Shown here piece by piece: positions 1-8,509 of a stretch of DNA of 34,323 nt (positions within the stretch are counted from its first letter, which is position 1; each line of letters begins with the position of its first letter). The notes beneath the pieces are model-generated. The model was not told the origin of the DNA. It did no database searches and saw only the letters and a program-made list of their open reading frames with translations. This stretch comes from Candidatus Poseidoniaceae archaeon (GTDB lineage: Archaea; Thermoplasmatota; Poseidoniia; Poseidoniales; Poseidoniaceae), in contig CAXRJY010000218.1 in NCBI GenBank assembly GCA_964230915.1, forward strand, positions 1 to 34,323. The letters are read 5' to 3'. Made by a program: the position numbers and the translations under genes.

Positions 1-1
1 G

Positions 2-730
2 GATTTCGCAGATCTTGACAATGATGGCCAACCAGATAGTGGAACCACAGGAAATGAGAATGGAGGCCGCGCATCATACATCCATTATGCAGAACCTTTC
101 CCAGAGATGGTCGATGCGACGCACCTCGGATATGAAGGAGAAAGACACCTGACAACATTGGCTGTAGAAGTACTTTCTACAGATGTTGGAACTGGTCTGA
201 TATATCTGCTCGATACCACTGAATACACAATGGATAATGGAAATTTCAGATTCCAACCAAAACTGATCAATGATTGGGAAATTCCATGGGCAGAATCACA
301 TTGTTTTGGTGCAAATTGTGAGGCACATCCGAATAGTGACGAATGGTTGATGTTCAGCCCACACAATCTTGACTCTACATATTTTCCAACCACAGAAGAA
401 ATAGATCAATCACACGGAGGAGGATGGGACGGACGTCTCTACATCTCTCATTATCATGCAGGGTTATGGGTCGTTGACGTAGAAACTCTCATGGCCAACG
501 ATGCTTCGATGAACCGAACTGAATTACACATGGAATCAACAGTGGGGTATTACATGCCACATGGTGAAGACGGCACACCTCTGGATTCCAATTTCTATGA
601 TTTCGGTTGGGTGCCGTTTCTTTGGGCGGCTGAGCACCACAATGGAATCACCTATGCTTCTTGTATTTCCACAGGATTGTATGTCATGCAATTGGATATC
701 GACAAACCATATCTCGGTCAGGATGTATGA
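2..730 (+). CDS. LVIVD-repeat-like beta-propeller surface protein, C-terminal part (5' end lies upstream of the window)
   Basis: The frame is open from base 2 (DFADLDNDGQPDSG...) with no stop before the first listed Met at 107, so the CDS is 5'-partial. 'GRLYISHYHAGLWVVDVETL' and 'ITYASCISTGLYVMQLDI' resemble LVIVD-repeat blades (recalled from memory). The stop TGA 728-730 overlaps the next start (ATGA). Confidence 0.55.
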   Translation, partial: DFADLDNDGQPDSGTTGNENGGRASYIHYAEPFPEMVDATHLGYEGERHLTTLAVEVLSTDVGTGLIYLLDTTEYTMDNGNFRFQPKLINDWEIPWAESHCFGANCEAHPNSDEWLMFSPHNLDSTYFPTTEEIDQSHGGGWDGRLYISHYHAGLWVVDVETLMANDASMNRTELHMESTVGYYMPHGEDGTPLDSNFYDFGWVPFLWAAEHHNGITYASCISTGLYVMQLDIDKPYLGQDV

Positions 731-1380
731 AAATGAGCACTCGTAAGAGTTTTCTCAGTATTATTTTGACATTGATGTTCATTCTTTCAGGATGTATGGG
801 GTCGATAGATACGCCGGAGCATGATTTCAAGGGCGACAACATCGAACCACCAGTCAAATTTCGTACCTTTGAATTGGTGGACAGCAATGCTGAGCCGTTC
901 AATTCCACAGATATTTCTGGGCAAGTATTGGTAATCGCCTTTCTTTTCACCAATTGTCCTGATATTTGTCCTATTATTTCTTCAAATCTTAATTGGTTGA
1001 CACAGCAACTTGGAGATGAGGTAGGGAACAATGTCACAATAATGTCAATCACGGTTGACCCTTGGCGAGATTCACCAGCGGTTTTCGCAGAATATATGGT
1101 GGAAATGAATCTTTCATGGCCTCATTTGACTGTTAATGACACAGAAAATGAAATTGGTGCATTAGAAAATGTGTGGGAAGATTTTGGTGTAGGATTACAG
1201 ATAGTAGAGAACGGCAGCAATGATACAAGTGCTAGACATCACCCAATGGATTACGATGTTGATCACTCAACAGGCACAGTCCTTGTGGATAAGAATGGTA
1301 TGCAACGAGTGTGGTGGGCAGACCTTGATTGGATGCCAGAACTGGTGCTTGAAGATGTCAGATATTTACTGAATGAATGA
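727..1380 (+). CDS. SCO1/SenC-family thioredoxin-fold copper chaperone, predicted lipoprotein
   Basis: 'VLVIAFLFTNCPDICP' is the CxxxC copper-binding motif of SCO1/SenC, and 'YDVDHSTGTVLVDKNG' carries the conserved downstream His. The N-terminus MKMSTRKSFLSIILTLMFILSGC is a signal peptide plus lipobox LSGC. I chose ATG 727 rather than 661 because it yields the signal peptide and an ATGA overlap with the upstream stop. Confidence 0.8.
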   Translation: MKMSTRKSFLSIILTLMFILSGCMGSIDTPEHDFKGDNIEPPVKFRTFELVDSNAEPFNSTDISGQVLVIAFLFTNCPDICPIISSNLNWLTQQLGDEVGNNVTIMSITVDPWRDSPAVFAEYMVEMNLSWPHLTVNDTENEIGALENVWEDFGVGLQIVENGSNDTSARHHPMDYDVDHSTGTVLVDKNGMQRVWWADLDWMPELVLEDVRYLLNE

Positions 1381-2976
1381 TTACAATTCATTTGGGACAG
1401 GAGTCTGATCCATGTGGAGGAAAGCGAATACAGCCCACCAAGTCACGATATCCCATGAATTTACCAGATTGGTTACTCCACTGTTTTCATCAGTCACCAT
1501 GTATTCTTCAACTTCAGACAATTTATCACAAGTCTTGTGATAGCATGGATATCCATCTACCACCCCATTCCACCCTAGAGTTGCCACCCCTATTTCTTGG
1601 AAAGGATCATGGTCACTTCTTGCAGTAGGAGATTCGTAAATCGCCACCACATCTTCATACTGATTATTCCATAATGGGGCTTCTCCCGCTGCTTCCCACT
1701 CAATCCTACCGCGCTCAATTTGGTATGATAGGTTGAGAGCATCCGCACCAATCCACTCAGCGAGATGATACATTCCTGGTTGGTCGATTACATCCCCAGT
1801 CCCATCGGGGCCAAGATAAACAGAGAGAGCGTAATCACCAGGGTAATTGATTCCAGCCATATCTAAATTCAGGTAATTTGACACTGTGACTCCTGGGGGA
1901 ATATCTCCAGTGAATGCAGATGAGCCCCACAACCCCTCTTCCTCTGAAGACCATAGGCAGAATACCATGGTTCTTCGAGCATCAAAATCAGCCAATGCAC
2001 CAGCAGTGGTCAATACCATCGATGAACCAGCAGTGTTGTCATAAGCACCAGTTCGCGTTCCATATCCCGTTTGTTCCAATCCCGGAAGCAATGAGGTTGG
2101 AGTAGCATAGGGGGCGATATCGAAATGTCCACCAAAAACCAACCATTCATCAGGAAATACAGTACCATCCTTGTATCCGCAGATATTGACCGCCCACAAT
2201 GTGCCAGATTGGAAACGATGTACCTCAGTTCTTAGACCAAAGCCAACAAATACTCCTTCGAAGTAAGTGACAGCATCTTCGTATGCAGGGTTTCCATTAC
2301 CTATCCAACGGTCAAGATATCCCTTTGCTCCATCCGCAAGATCAAGAGGGTCTGGAGTTTCATCCGTGATGAAATCAACCCACTCATAGACACTTCTTCC
2401 ATCGACCCATCCTGCACTCGCATCCACTCCCTCATCTATTCCAAGGTCACTTCGTTGCGGTCGAGTTGAAATCAAATGTTTAACCGAAACAGTTCCACCA
2501 TCCATGTCGCTTGAATTCAACCATCTCCAAAGCCCGCCATCGTCTTCATTTGGCACTACTTCAACAGCACCACCATTGGAACTATCATTCATCCAATCCA
2601 TCCAAGATTCATTGGCGGCACGAACCGGCCAGTATTGCCTACCGTATTTTCCTACCAATAGAACAACATCCGGATTTCTTGGTGGTAGCAACCAATTCAC
2701 AGTTTCAGAGTCACCACTTTTCATGTCCAACACAGTTCCGTTCTGCGCCCTGGCTGAACCTGGGTCGATGACAAAATATGGAATGTAGACCGACATGTCT
2801 ACATCTGCTTTGAGAATATATGATTGCCAGACTCCTCCAAGCAACCCTTCTCCGAGTTCGACATACAAATCATCATCACTAGGCAATAGTTCCTTTTCTT
2901 CTTCTCCGAAACACCCTGAAAGCGGGGTTAGTAGCATTAACGACACTAACAACATGGCAGAGAGTCTACGTGACAT
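1381..2976 (-). CDS. M28-family zinc aminopeptidase with an uncharacterised N-terminal domain, predicted lipoprotein
   Basis: 'GGHFDIAPY', 'YDNTAGSS', 'LWSSEEEGLWGSSAF', 'YLNLDMAG' and 'CYHKTCD' follow the H/D/EE/D/H metal-ligand order of M28 peptidases. I chose the start at the internal Met (2976), which gives MSRRLSAMLLVSLMLLTPLSGC (signal peptide plus lipobox). The 3045 start would overlap the divergent gene. Confidence 0.75.
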   Translation of the reverse strand: MSRRLSAMLLVSLMLLTPLSGCFGEEEKELLPSDDDLYVELGEGLLGGVWQSYILKADVDMSVYIPYFVIDPGSARAQNGTVLDMKSGDSETVNWLLPPRNPDVVLLVGKYGRQYWPVRAANESWMDWMNDSSNGGAVEVVPNEDDGGLWRWLNSSDMDGGTVSVKHLISTRPQRSDLGIDEGVDASAGWVDGRSVYEWVDFITDETPDPLDLADGAKGYLDRWIGNGNPAYEDAVTYFEGVFVGFGLRTEVHRFQSGTLWAVNICGYKDGTVFPDEWLVFGGHFDIAPYATPTSLLPGLEQTGYGTRTGAYDNTAGSSMVLTTAGALADFDARRTMVFCLWSSEEEGLWGSSAFTGDIPPGVTVSNYLNLDMAGINYPGDYALSVYLGPDGTGDVIDQPGMYHLAEWIGADALNLSYQIERGRIEWEAAGEAPLWNNQYEDVVAIYESPTARSDHDPFQEIGVATLGWNGVVDGYPCYHKTCDKLSEVEEYMVTDENSGVTNLVNSWDIVTWWAVFAFLHMDQTPVPNEL

Positions 2977-3032
2977 CAGTCCGGCGACAGAAGGGTCGTT
3001 GTTCAAAGCACCGCATTCACGCAGACACATTG

Positions 3033-3854
3033 ATGGCCCGCTCATGGTGCCGAGTTACTGTGTCTTCCACCACTCTAGTAGAGCGGCGCAACGCCATCGT
3101 GCGCGGAATTCCATCTTCATTCACTGAAGCCTTGGCAGGCCATTTTGGAAATGGGCCAACAGATATTGAATTGGCGAGAGCACAACATGCAGCCTATGTA
3201 CAAGCATTGAGAGATCATGGGGTGAATGTCATTCAGATCAAACCAGATGAAGATTATCCGGACTGCGTTTTTGTTGAAGATCAAGCGGTTACCTTAGGGA
3301 AGAAATGTTTCATTCCTCGCGTCGGTCATGAAAGCAGGGTGGGGGAACAGGAAGCAATAATCTCAACTCTTGCAGAATTCCAAGAGATAGTCCACATGAA
3401 TGCTGGAATGATGGATGGGGGCGATGTAATGCGAATTGGGAACATATTTTTCATCGGTCACTCTGAACGTACTGACGAAGAAGGAATTGTTGAATTCAAA
3501 AGATTCGTTGAAGCAGACGGTTTTGAATTACGAGTGATAGATATCCCAGAACACGTACTTCATCTGACAAGTATGTGTTCTGCACCACGGGACGACATCC
3601 TGTTATTGACCGAAGGAACAGTTTCTCCACAGGCATTTGGTGAATTACCGGAAACCGAAGTAATAATGATTCCAGAAGCAGAAGTAAAGGGAGCGAATGT
3701 GATTGGATTCGGCGAGAGGATGATCATCGCCGCAAACAACCCTACAGTCAAGTCTGAACTGGAAGCAAGAGGCATTGATTTGACAATTCTTGATATCAGC
3801 CAGATATCTGCAGCAGATGCAAGTTTGACCTGCTGTTCAGTGTTCTTTCCTTGA
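3033..3854 (+). CDS. ddaH: N(G),N(G)-dimethylarginine dimethylaminohydrolase-like amidinotransferase
   Basis: The protein is collinear with bacterial DDAH as I remember it: 'AIVRGIPSSF', 'YPDCVFVEDQAV', 'ESRVGEQ', 'MDGGDVMRIG..FFIGHSERT', 'VLHLTSMCS', and a C-terminal catalytic Cys in 'ADASLTCCSVFF'. The start is uncertain (ATG 3033 or GTG 3060). The 2970 start would overlap the divergent peptidase gene. Confidence 0.75.
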   Translation: MARSWCRVTVSSTTLVERRNAIVRGIPSSFTEALAGHFGNGPTDIELARAQHAAYVQALRDHGVNVIQIKPDEDYPDCVFVEDQAVTLGKKCFIPRVGHESRVGEQEAIISTLAEFQEIVHMNAGMMDGGDVMRIGNIFFIGHSERTDEEGIVEFKRFVEADGFELRVIDIPEHVLHLTSMCSAPRDDILLLTEGTVSPQAFGELPETEVIMIPEAEVKGANVIGFGERMIIAANNPTVKSELEARGIDLTILDISQISAADASLTCCSVFFP

Positions 3855-3912
3855 TGTGTTCAGCCCCCTCTCGCGTTGTTGAAATAGAGGAGTTCGGTCG
3901 GCGGAATGCTAC

Positions 3913-3996
3913 GCAGAGGTTGCCCAGCTTGGTCAAAGGCGCTGGGATGAGGTCCCAGTCCACATTGGTTCGCAGGTTCAAATCCTGCCCTCTGCA
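3913..3996 (+). tRNA. tRNA-Leu (anticodon GAG), class II with long variable arm, CCA not encoded
   Basis: Folded by hand. Acceptor stem GCAGAGG/CCTCTGC (7 bp). D-stem GCC/GGC with loop ..AGCTTGGTCAAA. Anticodon stem CTGGG/CCCAG with loop A-T-GAG-G-T (U33, anticodon GAG, purine 37). Variable arm CCA-CAT-TGG. T-arm GCAGG-TTCAAAT-CCTGC. Discriminator A. The next bases are 'cta', so CCA is not encoded. Confidence 0.9.
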
Positions 3997-6732
3997 CTAT
4001 TCGGATTCACGGTTAGGTTGTTCCTTCAACCTCAGCCATGTTTCACTCAAGAAAATCAGCAGATATAGGCTACCTAGCCAAAGTGCCGGTTTGAGAACAT
4101 ACTGATCTCCACCGATGTCGGCAAGGCCGGCGGTAAGTGAACCATCATTCATCCATCCAATAACTACCAATGAAGCAAGTAACAACAGGGTGCAGAAATC
4201 CAGTACCCAGCGAATACCTGCTAGCACTTGCTTGCTGCTTGCTTTCATTTCATTGAACTGCATTCCAGTTATGGTGGCAGACATACTCTTGAGATTTGCA
4301 GTGATGGTGGTGAGTGCGGAATGACTTTTCCTGAATTCAATTCGCCCAAGTTTGAAACGGTTGATCAATTCTACAACCACGAAGAGAGAGACCCAAACAA
4401 CAGTCATCTCGAGCAAGATAGCACCCCACCCCATATCGATATTGTCGGAATTTTTTTGCCACATCAAAACAGTCCATAACCAGGCTGCCAGAATATATTG
4501 TATCGAACGAGCAAAGCGAGAGATCTTTTTCTGCAGAGTGGCATCATGCGAAAGGAACATCTCCAATCCAATGACTAGGCCAACAGTCGATGTAATGACG
4601 AAAGCAAGTGCCATCCACCACCAATCTATGTTTCCATCTTGCCAAGCAAGCAATACTGCAACCATCGCCCAAGCAAGCACTACTCCACTGACCATGTTCG
4701 TAATCGCCTGCATTACATAGAGAGGATCTCTTCCATCTTTGAGAACGGCCAAGCCCCCCATCAAGCGAACTTCAAATGCCGAGTCATCAACCACGCCGTG
4801 AGCAGCAGCAGTCATCCCTCCGACCTTTTTGACAAGAGCATTTGAAACCACCCCTCCGCCGCGTCCACCTTTGCCAGCAGCTCCAGCGCCAACCCCTCCG
4901 ATCGCCGCCGATGCTGCCGATGTACCGTCTCTCTTTGGAGTACGACTTCGTCCCGATGCCCATTCGCGAACGTCGGAATCTGTGATTTCTTCAACCTGTT
5001 CTTCAGATAATGGAGCACCATGATCAGTGTATAGCCATCGACATTGAATTGGAATAGGCTTGTCATCAACATCAGGGCTGACAAGTTGGAATTGACCCGC
5101 AGAAAGTTTTGGCAATTCATCGATCAGACTGATATCTCCTCCACCTTCCTTGAGTAGATGTTTGACCTTGTCAATGTCATTCCGTTCTCTGAATCTTCCT
5201 ATGAACATCGTATTGGCTTGAGCGAGAATCTTGTAATCTACGTCACTGACATTTTGAGTTGCAAGAACACTGGCCACCCCATATTTTCTGGCTTGTTTGA
5301 AAATCAATTTTATCAAATCCTTGGCGGGAGGATTTCGTGGATGCGGGGGCAAGTATGGCGCAACTTCATCCATGAAGAACAACAATTTCAACTCACCTTC
5401 AGCAGGTTGTTGAGTCAACATCCAATCGTATAGTTCACGTGCAACCTCTTGGACCATATACTGTTTTTGAGCATCATCTTGAATGGTGTTTAGATAGAGG
5501 ATATTCACTGGGATTTTTCCTTCTACAGAAGGTGTACAGAACGTATCAATATCCAATGGAGTACCATTCGCGAATAACAGTTGATTCACACCGGAACTGT
5601 AAGCAGCAATCCTCCTAGATAACTCACTGCGAGTGCTTTTTGGCAACATATCTTCGTAATGAGGTAGGTTTTGTTCCTCCATCACCTCTTCCCAAGTAGG
5701 GAGTTCAATCCGTTCTTCTTCATCCTCTTCGGCCGCTTCAAATGCTTCAGGAAACAATAGTTTCAGGAAAGTTGCATGTGGGTCACGGATTGTTTTGGCG
5801 AGTTTCTGAAAATCATCTAGAGGTAATCCCAATCTTGTTCCATGTACTAAAATCTCGTAAATGAAAGGTTTGACCTGTTTACCTTGAGCCTTTTCCACAT
5901 CATAATCAGCCAACCCTGTGAATCCGGCAGCGACCATATCCCATGCAGTAATCGCCTCCTCCATCCCCAATTCTGCCGGAGGTGCTACGAATGGATCAAT
6001 ACAGATTGGCAAACCCTTGCTTCGAAGCGGAGTCCAGATTCTCACCTCTGCTTTATCCATCAGTGCATTTCGTCGAGAAACATCTCCTCCTTGTTCTTTC
6101 AATTCATTCTCATCTAATCCCAATGCTAATCTTGCAAGGTCTCCTTGTGGATCAAGGATTAGGCTCGGTATTCCAGCCAAGGTCGCCTCTTCAATGAGGG
6201 CTTTTGCCATCACAGTCTTCCCAGAACCTGTCGAACCAAGCATTGCTGCATGCCTTGCAAGAATTGTAGAGGGAATAGCAACTTCGGAACCATCATCTCG
6301 TCGAGTACCGAGAATCATCAAATCTTCTGCTGAGGAAGATATTGTTTCAGTCTTGGTACTAGGTTCAATGATTACATCTTCTTGCACTTCTTCGACATGC
6401 ATTTCTTCCTTTTCAGAATCATCCATCCATGAGGCCTCTTCTTCAGACGTATCAACAGGCTCTTCTTCGAATTGATTTTCTGCCCAGGATTCAAACTCTG
6501 CAGGTTCAGCTTCAGACTCAACCCCATCACTTATTTCAGAATCAACTTCCACCTTTGCATCTTCTGCAAGATTGCGAATTTCCTCCCCCAAAGCCTGAGC
6601 GGTATCTTCAACCTCTACTTCAGCAGCGTTTGAATCTTCTAGTATCTCATCGATGCCCCATTGGTCGGCAGAATCTTCAGTTGTAGAAGGGCTTTCATCG
6701 CCCTCCCGCTCCGCCACCCCCTCCCCGGACAT
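3997..6732 (-). CDS. HerA/FtsK-class (DUF87/DUF853-like) P-loop ATPase fused to a C-terminal polytopic membrane domain
   Basis: Walker A 'LGSTGSGKT' (6214-6240) sits in the context 'ARHAAMLGSTGSGKTVMAKALIEEATLAGIPSLILDPQGDL'. Walker B is 'KLLFFMDEVA' (5362-5388), followed by 'ATQNVSDVD'. The N-terminal ~150 aa are dominated by D/E. A Gly/Ala linker 'AASAAIGGVGAGAAGKGGRGGG' precedes about six hydrophobic helices in the last ~270 aa. Confidence 0.7.
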   Translation of the reverse strand: MSGEGVAEREGDESPSTTEDSADQWGIDEILEDSNAAEVEVEDTAQALGEEIRNLAEDAKVEVDSEISDGVESEAEPAEFESWAENQFEEEPVDTSEEEASWMDDSEKEEMHVEEVQEDVIIEPSTKTETISSSAEDLMILGTRRDDGSEVAIPSTILARHAAMLGSTGSGKTVMAKALIEEATLAGIPSLILDPQGDLARLALGLDENELKEQGGDVSRRNALMDKAEVRIWTPLRSKGLPICIDPFVAPPAELGMEEAITAWDMVAAGFTGLADYDVEKAQGKQVKPFIYEILVHGTRLGLPLDDFQKLAKTIRDPHATFLKLLFPEAFEAAEEDEEERIELPTWEEVMEEQNLPHYEDMLPKSTRSELSRRIAAYSSGVNQLLFANGTPLDIDTFCTPSVEGKIPVNILYLNTIQDDAQKQYMVQEVARELYDWMLTQQPAEGELKLLFFMDEVAPYLPPHPRNPPAKDLIKLIFKQARKYGVASVLATQNVSDVDYKILAQANTMFIGRFRERNDIDKVKHLLKEGGGDISLIDELPKLSAGQFQLVSPDVDDKPIPIQCRWLYTDHGAPLSEEQVEEITDSDVREWASGRSRTPKRDGTSAASAAIGGVGAGAAGKGGRGGGVVSNALVKKVGGMTAAAHGVVDDSAFEVRLMGGLAVLKDGRDPLYVMQAITNMVSGVVLAWAMVAVLLAWQDGNIDWWWMALAFVITSTVGLVIGLEMFLSHDATLQKKISRFARSIQYILAAWLWTVLMWQKNSDNIDMGWGAILLEMTVVWVSLFVVVELINRFKLGRIEFRKSHSALTTITANLKSMSATITGMQFNEMKASSKQVLAGIRWVLDFCTLLLLASLVVIGWMNDGSLTAGLADIGGDQYVLKPALWLGSLYLLIFLSETWLRLKEQPNRESE

Positions 6733-6820
6733 GAATGGGTGAGCGGCGCCCCCTACTTCATGGGTTTCGGTGTGTATGTTTCGTCGGAGTGCTGAAACCG
6801 ATAACCCGCTTCGTGCAATT

Positions 6821-7912
6821 ATGGGCGAACGGATTCCAATGTCAAGACCTTGGCTGGATGATGAAATGCAACAGGCTGTCTCTCAGGTTTTGGAATCACG
6901 ACGTTGGGTCAAGGGACCAGAATCCAAAGCCTTTGGAGGCGAATTCGCGCATCACTGTGGAGCTGTTGCGGCAGTACCTTGCGCAAGTGGTTCCGCATCA
7001 CTCATCGCTGCACTCCGTTTACTCAATATCGGTCCAGGAGACGAAGTCATCGTCCCATCACTGACCTTTTTTGCTAGTGTTTCATGTATTGAGTTAGTAG
7101 GAGCCACGCCAATTTTCGTGGATATCGAAGAAGAATATTGGTGCATGGATCCTGTAGCGGTAGCTGATGCAATTACTCCTCAAACCAAGGCAATACTTGG
7201 AGTACACCTCTTTGGGCAGCCATTTTCTTTGAATCTACCAGAGGGCATTCCTGTAATTGAAGATGCAGCACAGGCCCACGGGGCAATGTTGGATGGACGC
7301 TTAGTGGGCTCTCTTGGAGATGTAGCCTGTTTCTCATTTTTCCCAAGTAAGAATATGGCAGTAGGGGGTGAAGGGGGAATGATTACCACAACACGAATGG
7401 ATCTTGCTGAACGGCTACAATCATGGGTTGATCATGGCAGGGTAGAAGGCTCTAGAATTGAGGCACTGACAAGCAATCTAAGAATGTCAGAGATACTTGC
7501 AGCAATGGGGCGCATTCAACTTAAGAGGTTGGACCAATGGCAAATTCGACGGCAAGAAATCGCAGCATTACATAGTGCTGCAATCGCAGATCATCAATTA
7601 CTACATGCACCAAGAGTCAGGGCGGGGGCAGTTCATGGATGGCATCAATACACATTACGTTGTGAAAATTCTCAAGAATTGATTTCACATTTAGAAGCAA
7701 GAGGAATTGACGCTCGAATACATTACAAGATTCCTTGCCATAGACAGCCAGTGATGAATAATCATCCTCAACATGCAGCGGGGAGTTTGCCAATTACTGA
7801 GAGAATATGTGAACAACTGGTATCAATCCCAGTACATCCATTTTTGAGTGAAGAGGAAATTATCCGCATTCATACAGCATTGGATGAATTCATTCTTCCT
7901 CAGCAAACATGA
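6821..7912 (+). CDS. DegT/DnrJ/EryC1/StrS-family PLP-dependent sugar aminotransferase
   Basis: The N-terminus 'IPMSRPWLDDEM', then 'VIVPSLTFFASVSCIELVGATPIFVDIEE', 'IEDAAQAHGA' and 'FSFFPSKNMAVGGEGGMITT' (PLP-binding Lys in SK) are the family hallmarks. I chose ATG 6821 (MGERIPMSRP) because family members start just before this motif. Confidence 0.85.
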   Translation: MGERIPMSRPWLDDEMQQAVSQVLESRRWVKGPESKAFGGEFAHHCGAVAAVPCASGSASLIAALRLLNIGPGDEVIVPSLTFFASVSCIELVGATPIFVDIEEEYWCMDPVAVADAITPQTKAILGVHLFGQPFSLNLPEGIPVIEDAAQAHGAMLDGRLVGSLGDVACFSFFPSKNMAVGGEGGMITTTRMDLAERLQSWVDHGRVEGSRIEALTSNLRMSEILAAMGRIQLKRLDQWQIRRQEIAALHSAAIADHQLLHAPRVRAGAVHGWHQYTLRCENSQELISHLEARGIDARIHYKIPCHRQPVMNNHPQHAAGSLPITERICEQLVSIPVHPFLSEEEIIRIHTALDEFILPQQT

Positions 7913-8414
7913 TTCTGCTTTGTATAACTTCAAAGTAATTTGAAACTGCAAGTTCCGCATTTGACCATCCAGGTTCAGCAGTCACTTCTCCTGCAACCCA
8001 TTTCGGGATGTTGAAGAAAAAATCTTCCTCAGGCAATTCAATTTCAGCAATCATCAACCCTTCCAAAGGGCCATGGAAGACGTCTATTTCCCAAACCAAT
8101 CCATCAGAATCTGGCCAAAGATATCTGGTTTTGTGGATGTGAGGCCAATCTATTGGGCAATTCATGGGCGAAATACTCCATTCTTCTTCAATTCTTGAGA
8201 TACCATCCCAAGGTCCCTTTAGTGTTGCAATCCATTCATCGTCGCTTCGACGTATTCGAATTCCCTCATGTACCGAATCCAAATTTACTCCCTCTGGTGG
8301 AACAAGTCCTGCTAGATCTGGTGCATACCATTGTTCAATGTCATGAGAATCCAGTCTGAGTAGAAACGGAGGCTTCTCGAGCACTAGATAGCGCCGCTCA
8401 ATCTCCACTCCCAT
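7890..8414 (-). CDS. CYTH-domain (triphosphate tunnel metalloenzyme) protein
   Basis: It starts 'MGVEIERRYLV', the ExExK-type signature with R in place of K. It also has 'GLMIAEIELPEEDFFFNIPKWVAGEVTAEPGWSNAELA', the typical C-terminal CYTH strand pattern. Its 3' end overlaps the convergent aminotransferase gene by 23 nt. Confidence 0.75.
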   Translation of the reverse strand: MGVEIERRYLVLEKPPFLLRLDSHDIEQWYAPDLAGLVPPEGVNLDSVHEGIRIRRSDDEWIATLKGPWDGISRIEEEWSISPMNCPIDWPHIHKTRYLWPDSDGLVWEIDVFHGPLEGLMIAEIELPEEDFFFNIPKWVAGEVTAEPGWSNAELAVSNYFEVIQSRIMFAEEE

Positions 8415-8509
8415 GAATCAACCCGTTGAATTGATAATAGAAGGTAATTACTATTTTTAGAATAAAAAAAGCCGACACCCTTTCAATCAATAGATAATAT
8501 CGCAATACT

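Noticed and set aside
2970-3045. The maximal starts of the divergent M28 (3045) and DDAH (2970) ORFs would overlap by 76 nt.
   Set aside because: The internal start at 2976 gives a canonical signal peptide plus lipobox, and the 3033 start is closer to the conserved DDAH N-terminus (AIVRGIP). The extensions have no homology-like features.
5918-6475. 185-aa plus-strand ORF inside the HerA-like gene. Similar long antisense ORFs occur inside the coiled-coil gene (30587-31153, 29996-30340).
   Set aside because: The opposite-strand frames carry clear Walker motifs or continuous heptad structure. The antisense translations are Ser/Pro/Ile-rich with no motif.
3913-8414. Idea that the tRNA-Leu marks the edge of an integrated element carrying the HerA-like ATPase.
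   Set aside because: No integrase, recombinase or transposase ORF is present. I found no second copy of the tRNA 3' half (GGTTCAAATCCTGCCCTCTGCA) that could serve as an att repeat. The adjacent genes look chromosomal. This cannot be excluded without a repeat search and genome comparison.
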